From the IMG/VR virus record IMGVR_UViG_2703718673_000012: a stretch of 7,172 bases of DNA. One strand, written 5' to 3'. Both the position numbers and the translations under genes were made by a program. Each line of letters begins with the position of its first letter. The stretch's first letter is position 1. The notes below the pieces were generated by a model. It made no database searches, had not been told where the DNA came from, and worked only from the letters and a program-made list of their open reading frames with translations. The stretch is from a virus (taxonomy: Duplodnaviria; Heunggongvirae; Uroviricota; Caudoviricetes). Shown piece after piece: positions 1 to 5,902 of the stretch.

Positions 1-452
1 ATATTGAGTTTGGATTCTGGCTGGATTCGGCAGCGAGCGACAAAAATGCTCTGTGCGCTCACTGGCTAACTGAGGCCGACGACGCGCTCAATTCTGAGTG
101 GGTAAGCCACGGTGCAATCTGGAATAACCCACCGTACAGCAATATCAGGCCGTGGGTGGAAAAAGCCGCTGAGCAGTGCATACAACAGCGACAGACGGTA
201 GTTATGCTTGTGCCAGAGGATATGTCAGTCGGATGGTTCAGCAAGGCTCTGGAGAGTGTTGACGAAGTTCGCATCATCACTGATGGACGGATTAATTTTA
301 TCGAACCATCGACAGGGCTGGAGAAGAAGGGAAACAGCAAAGGCTCCATGCTGCTGATTTGGCGACCGTTCATCAGTCCTCGACGAATGTTTACTACTGT
401 ATCCAAAGCGGCATTGATGGCGATCGGGCAGGGCGTCAGGAGGGCGGCATGA
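1..452 (+). CDS. Phage-type DNA N6-adenine methyltransferase (Dam family), 5' end outside the window
   Basis: Frame beginning at position 3 is open from the window edge to TGA 450-452. NPPY catalytic motif (AIWNNPPYS) is encoded at 126-137, followed by a GRINFIEP...GSMLLIW block typical of small phage Dam proteins. The first in-frame start in the window (GTG 156) lies after NPPY, so the true start must be upstream of position 1. Confidence 0.8.
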   Translation, partial: IEFGFWLDSAASDKNALCAHWLTEADDALNSEWVSHGAIWNNPPYSNIRPWVEKAAEQCIQQRQTVVMLVPEDMSVGWFSKALESVDEVRIITDGRINFIEPSTGLEKKGNSKGSMLLIWRPFISPRRMFTTVSKAALMAIGQGVRRAA

Positions 453-631
453 GGCGACAGCGACGAAGTATCACCGACATCATCTGCGAAAACTGCAAAT
501 ACCTTCCAACGAAACGCTCCAGAAATAAACGCAAGCCAATCCCAAAAGAATCTGACGTAAAAACCTTCAATTACACGGCTCACCTGTGGGATATCCGGTG
601 GCTAAGACATCGTGCGAGGAAAACAAGGTGA
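449..631 (+). CDS. ninE: NinE family protein (60 aa)
   Basis: ATG 449 overlaps the upstream stop (ATGA at 449-452). Product [60 protein letters not shown] matches my recollection of lambda NinE. The ORF-track entry 359..631 is an N-terminal over-extension in the same frame. Confidence 0.85.
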   Translation: MRRQRRSITDIICENCKYLPTKRSRNKRKPIPKESDVKTFNYTAHLWDIRWLRHRARKTR

Positions 632-661
632 TTGACGCGATGATTTATTCGGGGCTATATT
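632..661 (+). promoter_or_regulatory. Candidate sigma70 promoter (TTGACG, 18-nt spacer, TATATT) immediately after ninE stop
   Basis: -35-like TTGACG at 632-637 and -10-like TATATT at 656-661. Hexamer match only; no experimental support. Confidence 0.25.
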
Positions 662-688
662 CCTCACGCGCCAGCAAAATCTGGCGTC

Positions 689-895
689 GGGATTAGCACC
701 CCGGATATCGAAACGGTGCATAACCGCGCTGGCGGTTTTTTATGCGCTAAGCACAGTCACATTCGCGATTTATGGCGGGCTGTGTGGGGGAGCCGAAAGG
801 CTCGCCGGATGTTTCGACCGGTAGTGCTAACCCCGCACAGTTCGCCACCACGATGATTAGCACCTGACGGTGGCGAGGTAAAAATTATCGAAACG
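689..895. repeat. Cluster of short repeats in the ninE/ORF6N intergenic region (TTAGCAC core and TATCGAAACG)
   Basis: GATTAGCACC occurs exactly at 691-700 and 855-864; the inverted copy GTGCTAA sits at 824-830 (reverse complement GGGGTTAGCAC); a one-mismatch copy TAAGCAC is at 748-754. TATCGAAACG occurs exactly at 706-715 and 886-895. The second GATTAGCACC lies in the loop of an inverted repeat CGCCACC (843-849) / GGTGGCG (869-875). The second module abuts the RBS of the CDS at 906. Confidence 0.6.
722..741 (+). terminator. Rho-independent terminator-like hairpin plus T-tract
   Basis: Stem AACCGC (722-727) pairs with GCGGTT (732-737) around loop GCTG, followed by a T-run through 741. Confidence 0.5.
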
Positions 896-905
896 CGAGG
901 TCATT

Positions 906-1583
906 ATGGCTGTTCAAATTTCTGTCGAAAACCTTTCCCCTGTTACCTATAACCAGATCCCCGTAATTACTACTGAACTGTTGGCTCACCTTTACGGAAC
1001 AAAAATCAAAAACATTTCTGATAACTTTCTGAACAACACGACGCGATTCATGCCCGGAAAGCATTACTTTAAAATTGAAAAAAACGAATTACGCGAGTTT
1101 AAGAACAGACCCGAAACAATCGGGTTAGTTGGTAAAAATGCCCGCTCCCTCATCCTCTGGACAGAACGAGGCGCAGCCCGTCACGCAAAAATGCTCGAAA
1201 CTGATCAGGCGTGGGATGTGTTCGAAAAACTGGAAGACTGCTATTTCAGCCAGTGCGAGAAAAATACTGGCAAACAAGAGAAGAAGCTCAACGGGCTTTC
1301 CGCAAAAGAAACAGACAGCCTTGTATGGCTGTGGGATTATGCCAACCGCTCACAGGCATTGTTCCGTGAGTTGTATCCCGCATTAAAACTGATTCAGTCT
1401 GGCTATTCCGGCATATGCCACGACTACGGCTATAAGTTCTCGTATATCATCGGGAGGGCGAGGGGCGTTTTAATTAATCACACGCGGGATATAGATATTT
1501 ATGAGCCTGACGGGCCGACGAACCTTCTGGCATGGGAAAGGCTTAAGAACAAAGAGTTGCCGCCTTCACTGCATCGCTACTGA
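906..1583 (+). CDS. ORF6N/KilA-N-like domain protein (putative phage DNA-binding or antirepressor-like regulator)
   Basis: 225-aa ORF with SD-like GCGAGG 5-10 nt upstream of ATG 906. The N-terminal ~110 aa ([13 protein letters not shown]...GKHYFKI...[31 protein letters not shown]) resemble the ORF6N/KilA-N fold pattern as I recall it. The C-terminal half has no family I can name. Confidence 0.6.
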   Translation: MAVQISVENLSPVTYNQIPVITTELLAHLYGTKIKNISDNFLNNTTRFMPGKHYFKIEKNELREFKNRPETIGLVGKNARSLILWTERGAARHAKMLETDQAWDVFEKLEDCYFSQCEKNTGKQEKKLNGLSAKETDSLVWLWDYANRSQALFRELYPALKLIQSGYSGICHDYGYKFSYIIGRARGVLINHTRDIDIYEPDGPTNLLAWERLKNKELPPSLHRY

Positions 1584-1600
1584 CAATTGACAACTTAACA

Positions 1601-1627
1601 AACCCAGCTTCGGCTGGGTTTTTTATT
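1601..1627 (+). terminator. Rho-independent terminator between the ORF6N gene and the antirepressor-like gene
   Basis: Stem AACCCAGC (1601-1608), loop TTCG, stem GCTGGGTT (1613-1620), then TTTTATT (1621-1627). Confidence 0.7.
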
Positions 1628-1657
1628 GCTGAATTTTCAATGTGAGAGGACATGACA

Positions 1658-2380
1658 ATGAATGAGCTGATAAATAGCAATGCCATCAAAATGACAAGCA
1701 TTGAAATCGCTGAGTTGGTGGGAAGCCAACACGGTAATGTCAGAATATCAATAGAACGTCTGGCAAAGCGTGGGGTGATTCAACTTCCTTCAATGCAAAA
1801 AGTTGAAAATAAACAAACAATTAGCCCTAACAAATTCACAAGCGTGTATATATTCGAAGGCGAACAAGGTAAGCGAGACAGCATTATTGTCGTCGCTCAG
1901 TTGTCGCCGGAATTCACCGCTCGCCTTGTTGACCGCTGGCGAGAACTCGAAGGGGCAACCGCGAAAATACCACAAACCTTTTCTGAGGCATTGCGCCTTG
2001 CGGCCGACCTTGAAGACCAGAAGGCTGAACTGGAGAAACAGCTTGCTCTCGCAGCACCTAAAGTTGAGTTTGCCGATCGCGTTGGCGAGGCCAGCGGAAT
2101 TTTGATTGGAAACTTTGCAAAGGTTGTTGGTATTGGTCCAAACAAACTGTTTGCGTGGATGCGCGATCACAAAATCCTTATTGCTTCAGGTTCCCGGCGA
2201 AATGTGCCAATGCAGGAATATATGGAGCGCGGCTATTTCACAGTGAAAGAAACAGCGGTCAATACAAATCACGGAATACAGATATCGTTCACCACAAAAA
2301 TCACCGGGCGTGGTCAACAGTGGCTGACAAGAAAGCTGCTAGATAACGGAATGCTTAAAGTAACAGGGGAGGCTGCTTAA
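1658..2380 (+). CDS. Phage antirepressor-like protein with Rha N-terminal domain and KilAC (ANT) C-terminal domain
   Basis: N-terminus ([26 protein letters not shown]) fits the Rha regulatory-protein pattern; C-terminus ([18 protein letters not shown]...[10 protein letters not shown]...[11 protein letters not shown]...QEYMERGYF) fits the KilAC/ANT pattern. Start is ambiguous: ATG 1652 (ORF track) or ATG 1658; 1658 has better spacing to the GAGAGGA SD at 1644-1650. Stop TAA overlaps the ninG start (TAATG 2378-2382). Confidence 0.65.
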   Translation: MNELINSNAIKMTSIEIAELVGSQHGNVRISIERLAKRGVIQLPSMQKVENKQTISPNKFTSVYIFEGEQGKRDSIIVVAQLSPEFTARLVDRWRELEGATAKIPQTFSEALRLAADLEDQKAELEKQLALAAPKVEFADRVGEASGILIGNFAKVVGIGPNKLFAWMRDHKILIASGSRRNVPMQEYMERGYFTVKETAVNTNHGIQISFTTKITGRGQQWLTRKLLDNGMLKVTGEAA

Positions 2381-2985
2381 TGGCTAAACCAGCGCGAAGG
2401 AAATGCAAAATCTGTAAGGAATGGTTTCACCCGGCATTCTCAAATCAGTGGTGGTGCTGCCCGGAACACGGAACTCAATTAGCACTCGAACGACGAAGTA
2501 AAGAACGCGAAAAAGCGGAAAAAGCAGCAGAGAAGAAACGACGACGAGAGGAGCAGAAACAGAAAGATAAACTGAAGATTCGAAAACTCGCCTTAAAGCC
2601 CCGCAGTTACTGGATTAAACAAGCCCAACAAGCCGTAAACGCCTTCATCAGAGAAAGAGACCGCGACTTACCATGTATCTCGTGCGGAACGCTCACGTCT
2701 GCTCAGTGGGATGCCGGACATTACCGGACAACTGCTGCGACACCTCAACTCCGATTTGATGAACGCAATATTCACAAGCAATGCGTGGTGTGCAACCAGC
2801 ACAAAAGCGGAAATCTCGTTCCGTATCGCGTCGAACTGATTAACCGCATCGGGCAGGAAGCAGTAGACGAAATCGAATCGAACCATAACCGCCATCGCTG
2901 GACTGTCGAAGAATGCAGGGCGATCAAGGCGAAGTATCAGCAGAAACTTAAAGACCTGCGAAACAGCAGAAGTGAGGCCGCATGA
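2380..2985 (+). CDS. ninG: NinG (Rap) family recombination-associated protein
   Basis: 201-aa product with cysteine-rich N-terminus ([10 protein letters not shown]...WWCCPEHG), lysine/glutamate-rich linker and conserved C-terminal CISCG...[11 protein letters not shown] region, as in lambda NinG. Start overlaps the upstream stop. Confidence 0.9.
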   Translation: MAKPARRKCKICKEWFHPAFSNQWWCCPEHGTQLALERRSKEREKAEKAAEKKRRREEQKQKDKLKIRKLALKPRSYWIKQAQQAVNAFIRERDRDLPCISCGTLTSAQWDAGHYRTTAATPQLRFDERNIHKQCVVCNQHKSGNLVPYRVELINRIGQEAVDEIESNHNRHRWTVEECRAIKAKYQQKLKDLRNSRSEAA

Positions 2986-3176
2986 CGTTCACAGTAAAAA
3001 CCATTCCTGACATGCTCGTTGAGGCATATGAAAATCAGACCGAGGTAGCCAGAATACTGAACTGTAGTCGCAACACGGTCAGAAAATACACTGGCGATAA
3101 AGAAGGGAAAAGACACGCTATCGTCAACGGTGTTCTTATGGTTCACCGCGGATGGGGTAAAGATACTGATGCGTGA
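2982..3176 (+). CDS. ninH: NinH family protein
   Basis: 64-aa product [38 protein letters not shown]...[12 protein letters not shown] matches my recollection of lambda NinH. ATG 2982 overlaps the ninG stop (ATGA). Confidence 0.85.
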   Translation: MTFTVKTIPDMLVEAYENQTEVARILNCSRNTVRKYTGDKEGKRHAIVNGVLMVHRGWGKDTDA

Positions 3177-3582
3177 TATCCGGCAGGTTCTTGAGCGCTG
3201 GGGGGCATGGGCGGCAAATAACTATGAGGATGTTACATGGTCGCCCATTGCTGCCGGATTTAAGGGACTGATCCCCGAAAAAGTAAAATCACGTCCACAG
3301 TGCTGTGACGATGATGCGATGGTGATATGCGGGTGCATAGCCCGCCTTTACCGGAACAATCGCGATCTGCATGACTTGCTGGTTGATTATTACGTGTTGG
3401 GGGAGACGTTCATGGCGTTGGCACGGAAACATGGGTGCTCTGACACNNNNNNNNNNNNNNNNNNNNNNNNNNNNNNNNNNNNNNNNNNNNNNNNNNNNNN
3501 NNNNNNCATGATAAGAGTGGTTACATTGCCACGCAGTCGAACCCGCCGATGCGCGGGTTTTTTTGTACCCCGAATCCTGTGA
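3169..3582 (+). CDS. Q: Late-gene antiterminator Q (933W-type allele inferred from context), interrupted by a 60-nt N run
   Basis: ATG 3169 overlaps the ninH 3' end. N-terminal 92 aa ([34 protein letters not shown]...[20 protein letters not shown]...) match my recollection of Stx2-phage Q. Position between ninH and the tR'/tRNA/stx2 module is as expected. The frame stays open across 3447-3506 (60 N, a multiple of 3) to TGA 3580-3582, but the C-terminus cannot be verified. GTG 3130 is an alternative in-frame start. Confidence 0.7.
   Translation: MRDIRQVLERWGAWAANNYEDVTWSPIAAGFKGLIPEKVKSRPQCCDDDAMVICGCIARLYRNNRDLHDLLVDYYVLGETFMALARKHGCSDXXXXXXXXXXXXXXXXXXXXXMIRVVTLPRSRTRRCAGFFVPRIL
3447..3506. 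other. Run of 60 ambiguous bases (N): assembly gap or masked segment inside Q
   Basis: Literal N characters at 3447-3506. Confidence 0.99.
3541..3564 (+). terminator. Terminator-like hairpin plus T7 tract within the 3' end of the apparent Q frame
   Basis: ACCCGC (3541-3546) pairs with GCGGGT (3553-3558) around loop CGATGC, followed by seven T's to 3564. Its relation to the Q C-terminus depends on the true size of the gap. Confidence 0.45.
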
Positions 3583-3599
3583 GCTATACGGAAAGTACA

Positions 3600-3700
3600 C
3601 AGAAAGGAAGGTGCGACCGTAATTAATAACAAAATCTTAAAAATCGCATATAGCACTATTAGTTTTCTAAATATTGTATATTTTAAGTATTGCAGGATAA
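3600..3700 (+). promoter_or_regulatory. Approximate late promoter pR' and Q-utilisation region (exact -35/-10 not resolved)
   Basis: AT-rich segment between Q and the tR' terminator. It holds several -10-like hexamers (TATATT 3677-3682, TAGTTT 3660-3665) but no clean -35/-10 pair. Placement rests on lambdoid gene order, not on a clear motif. Confidence 0.35.
3688..3698. repeat. Direct repeat copy 1 (TATTGCAGGAT)
   Basis: Exact 11-mer also present at 3896-3906; 13 of 14 bases match when extended (GTATTGCAGGATAA versus ATATTGCAGGATTA). Confidence 0.7.
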
Positions 3701-3744
3701 CCCTGTAACGAAGTTTGCGTAACAGCATTTTGCTCTACGAGTTT

Positions 3745-3773
3745 GCCAGCCTCCCCCAGTGGCTGGCTTTTTT
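3745..3773 (+). terminator. Rho-independent terminator consistent with tR' (end of the short pR' leader RNA)
   Basis: Stem GCCAGCC (3745-3751), loop TCCCCCAGT, stem GGCTGGC (3761-3767), then TTTTTT (3768-3773). Confidence 0.8.
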
Positions 3774-3781
3774 ATGTCCGT

Positions 3782-3895
3782 AGCGTCAAAGCAGCAATGG
3801 CGCTAGGGCGTCGTGCAATTGGCGTTGAGCTGGAGAGCGGGCGTTTTGAGCAGACGGTCAGGGAAGTTCAGAATGTAGTCAGTCAGAACGGATGA
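3782..3895 (+). pseudogene. Relic of the 3' end of a DNA amino-methyltransferase gene (C-terminal AdoMet-binding region only)
   Basis: Frame encodes ...RVSKAAMALGRRAIGVELESGRFEQTVREVQNVVSQNG then TGA 3893-3895. LGRRxIGxExE followed by an aromatic residue is the conserved C-terminal signature of beta-class N6/N4 DNA methyltransferases (usually preceded by GSGTT, which is absent here). No methyltransferase-like sequence in any frame upstream of 3780. Confidence 0.5.
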
Positions 3896-3906
3896 TATTG
3901 CAGGAT
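3896..3906. repeat. Direct repeat copy 2 (TATTGCAGGAT) with downstream inverted partner
   Basis: Exact copy of 3688-3698. GCAGGAT (3900-3906) is also the reverse complement of ATCCTGC (3925-3931), giving a 7-bp stem and 18-nt loop just upstream of the first tRNA. Confidence 0.7.
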
Positions 3907-3935
3907 TAGTTACGTACCGTTATTATCCTGCGCCC

Positions 3936-4011
3936 GGCCCTTTAGCTCAGTGGTGAGAGCGAGCGACTCATAATCGCCAGGTCGCTGGTTCAAATCCAGC
4001 AAGGGCCACCA
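3936..4011 (+). tRNA. ileZ: tRNA with CAU anticodon (tRNA-Ile2 lysidine type or Met; ileZ of Stx phages)
   Basis: Hand-folded cloverleaf: acceptor GGCCCTT/AAGGGCC, D-stem GCTC/GAGC, anticodon stem AGCGA/TCGCC with loop CTCATAA (anticodon CAT at 3969-3971), T-stem GCTGG/CCAGC with loop TTCAAAT, discriminator A, encoded CCA 4009-4011. Confidence 0.9.
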
Positions 4012-4020
4012 TATCACATA

Positions 4021-4097
4021 CCGCCATTAGCTCATCGGGACAGAGCGCCAGCCTTCGAAGCTGGCTGCGCGGGGTTCGAGTCCTCGATGGCGGTCCA
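4021..4097 (+). tRNA. argN: tRNA-Arg (anticodon UCG)
   Basis: Acceptor CCGCCAT/ATGGCGG, D-stem GCTC/GAGC, anticodon stem CCAGC/GCTGG with loop CTTCGAA (anticodon TCG at 4055-4057), T-stem CGGGG/CCTCG with loop TTCGAGT, encoded CCA 4095-4097. Name assigned by position in the known ileZ-argN-argO array. Confidence 0.85.
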
Positions 4098-4110
4098 TTA
4101 TCTGCATTAT

Positions 4111-4187
4111 GCGTTGTTAGCTCAGCCGGACAGAGCAATTGCCTTCTGAGCAATCGGTCACTGGTTCGAATCCAGTACAACGCGCCA
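4111..4187 (+). tRNA. argO: tRNA-Arg (anticodon UCU, reads rare AGA/AGG)
   Basis: Acceptor GCGTTGT/ACAACGC, D-stem GCTC/GAGC, anticodon stem ATTGC/GCAAT with loop CTTCTGA (anticodon TCT at 4145-4147), T-stem ACTGG/CCAGT with loop TTCGAAT, encoded CCA 4185-4187. Confidence 0.85.
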
Positions 4188-4199
4188 TATTTATTTACC

Positions 4200-4224
4200 A
4201 GGCTCGCTTTTGCGGGCCTTTTTT
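4200..4224 (+). terminator. Rho-independent terminator between the tRNA array and stx2A
   Basis: Stem AGGCTCGC (4200-4207) pairs with GCGGGCCT (4212-4219) with one G-U wobble, loop TTTT, then T-run 4219-4224. Confidence 0.7.
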
Positions 4225-4277
4225 ATATCTGCGCCGGGTCTGGTGCTGATTACTTCAGCCAAAAGGAACACCTGTAT

Positions 4278-5237
4278 ATGAAGTGTATATTATTTAAATG
4301 GGTACTGTGCCTGTTACTGGGTTTTTCTTCGGTATCCTATTCCCGGGAGTTTACGATAGACTTTTCGACCCAACAAAGTTATGTCTCTTCGTTAAATAGT
4401 ATACGGACAGAGATATCGACCCCTCTTGAACATATATCTCAGGGGACCACATCGGTGTCTGTTATTAACCACACCCCACCGGGCAGTTATTTTGCTGTGG
4501 ATATACGAGGGCTTGATGTCTATCAGGCGCGTTTTGACCATCTTCGTCTGATTATTGAGCAAAATAATTTATATGTGGCCGGGTTCGTTAATACGGCAAC
4601 AAATACTTTCTACCGTTTTTCAGATTTTACACATATATCAGTGCCCGGTGTGACAACGGTTTCCATGACAACGGACAGCAGTTATACCACTCTGCAACGT
4701 GTCGCAGCGCTGGAACGTTCCGGAATGCAAATCAGTCGTCACTCACTGGTTTCATCATATCTGGCGTTAATGGAGTTCAGTGGTAATACAATGACCAGAG
4801 ATGCATCCAGAGCAGTTCTGCGTTTTGTCACTGTCACAGCAGAAGCCTTACGCTTCAGGCAGATACAGAGAGAATTTCGTCAGGCACTGTCTGAAACTGC
4901 TCCTGTGTATACGATGACGCCGGGAGACGTGGACCTCACTCTGAACTGGGGGCGAATCAGCAATGTGCTTCCGGAGTATCGGGGAGAGGATGGTGTCAGA
5001 GTGGGGAGAATATCCTTTAATAATATATCAGCGATACTGGGGACTGTGGCCGTTATACTGAATTGCCATCATCAGGGGGCGCGTTCTGTTCGCGCCGTGA
5101 ATGAAGAGAGTCAACCAGAATGTCAGATAACTGGCGACAGGCCTGTTATAAAAATAAACAATACATTATGGGAAAGTAATACAGCTGCAGCGTTTCTGAA
5201 CAGAAAGTCACAGTTTTTATATACAACGGGTAAATAA
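4278..5237 (+). CDS. stx2A: Shiga toxin 2a A subunit (rRNA N-glycosidase), full-length precursor
   Basis: 319-aa product with a 22-aa signal peptide ([22 protein letters not shown]). Mature-numbering catalytic residues are present: Tyr77, Glu167 (codon 4842-4844) and Arg170 in [10 protein letters not shown]. Protease-sensitive disulfide loop [20 protein letters not shown] and C-terminus FLYTTGK as in Stx2a. RBS AAGGAA at 4263-4268. Confidence 0.97.
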
Positions 5238-5248
5238 AGGAGTTAAGC

Positions 5249-5518
5249 ATGAAGAAGATGTTTATGGCGGTTTTATTTGCATTAGCTTCTGTTAATGCAA
5301 TGGCGGCGGATTGTGCTAAAGGTAAAATTGAGTTTTCCAAGTATAATGAGGATGACACATTTACAGTGAAGGTTGACGGGAAAGAATACTGGACCAGTCG
5401 CTGGAATCTGCAACCGTTACTGCAAAGTGCTCAGTTGACAGGAATGACTGTCACAATCAAATCCAGTACCTGTGAATCAGGCTCCGGATTTGCTGAAGTG
5501 CAGTTTAATAATGACTGA
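5249..5518 (+). CDS. stx2B: Shiga toxin 2a B subunit (Gb3-binding pentamer subunit)
   Basis: 89-aa product with signal peptide [19 protein letters not shown] and mature sequence [70 protein letters not shown]. The residues in YNEDD and VKVDGKEY fit Stx2a rather than Stx2c as I recall them. Starts 11 nt after the stx2A stop with an AGGAG RBS. Confidence 0.97.
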
Positions 5519-5765
5519 GGCATAACCTGATTCGTGGTATGTGGGTAACAAGTGTAATCTGTGTCACAATTCAGTCAGTTGACAGTTGCCTGTCAGACTG
5601 AGCATTTGTTAAAAAAATTTCGCATGGTGAATCCCCCTGTGTGGAGGGGCGACTGGTGAAAAATCCTTGCTTGTGATTCATTATCGACACGGGTTCGGTG
5701 GTACCAGGCCGAACTCACCGGGAGGCACCCGGCACCATGCAGTATACAGAGATTAGGCATATACC

Positions 5766-5792
5766 AAGGCCTCTCATAGCAGGGGCCTTTTT
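5766..5792 (+). terminator. Rho-independent terminator about 250 nt downstream of stx2B
   Basis: Stem AAGGCC (5766-5771) pairs with GGCCTT (5784-5789), extendable by three inner pairs, followed by T-run 5788-5792. Confidence 0.65.
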
Positions 5793-5798
5793 ACATGT

Positions 5799-5822
5799 AA
5801 AAAAGCCCGAGTGGGTTCGGGC
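5799..5822 (-). terminator. Terminator-like hairpin oriented for the minus strand (convergent with the preceding one)
   Basis: A-run 5799-5804 then stem GCCCGA (5805-5810) / TCGGGC (5817-5822); on the minus strand this is a hairpin followed by a U-tract. Together with the previous hairpin it flanks the perfect palindrome TTTTTACATGTAAAAA (5788-5803). Confidence 0.45.
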
Positions 5823-5877
5823 AATTGCATGAGATACTCGTTTTAATAATCGAAATCATTTTAACCAGGATTCATAA

Positions 5878-5902
5878 GGCTGCGCAACTGCGCGGCCTTT
5901 TT
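5878..5902 (+). terminator. Second rho-independent terminator upstream of nanS-p
   Basis: Stem GGCTGCGC (5878-5885) pairs with GCGCGGCC (5890-5897) with one G-U wobble, loop AACT, then TTTTT (5898-5902). Confidence 0.7.

Noticed and set aside
59-583. 174-aa minus-strand ORF overlapping dam and ninE
   Set aside because: Antisense shadow of two well-supported + strand genes; no RBS or recognisable protein features.
359-631. 90-aa + strand ORF from the track
   Set aside because: Same frame as ninE but extended 30 codons upstream into the dam coding region; the conserved NinE protein begins at ATG 449.
640-696. 18-codon ORF in the ninE/ORF6N intergenic region
   Set aside because: Too short, no RBS, and it overlaps the hairpin and repeat elements; more likely non-coding.
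1129-1386. 85-aa alternate-frame + ORF inside the ORF6N gene
   Set aside because: Out-of-frame overlap within a CDS that has a recognisable domain; lysine/arginine-rich low-complexity translation.
1587-1592. Perfect TTGACA hexamer as a candidate -35 element
   Set aside because: No acceptable -10 hexamer at 16-18 nt spacing; it lies directly against the terminator hairpin at 1601-1627.
1790-2346. Minus-strand ORFs 1790..2170 and 1897..2145 and + strand alternate-frame ORFs 1803..2105 and 2155..2346
   Set aside because: All lie within the Rha/KilAC antirepressor-like CDS in other frames or antisense; no independent support.
2668-3146. Minus-strand ORFs 2668..2895 and 2937..3146
   Set aside because: Antisense to ninG and ninH, which are confidently assigned.
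3130-3168. GTG 3130 as the Q start (ORF track start)
   Set aside because: ATG 3169 gives the conserved MRDIRQ N-terminus and the usual short overlap with ninH; the GTG extension lies wholly within ninH coding sequence.
3289-3728. Minus-strand ORFs 3289..3600 and 3390..3728 spanning the N run
   Set aside because: Antisense to Q and the pR' region; the translations contain the masked X run and are low complexity.
3968-4180. 70-aa minus-strand ORF
   Set aside because: Lies entirely across the three tRNA genes; an artefact of structured GC-rich tRNA sequence.
5146-5358. 70-aa minus-strand ORF across the stx2A/stx2B junction
   Set aside because: Antisense to the toxin genes; no support.
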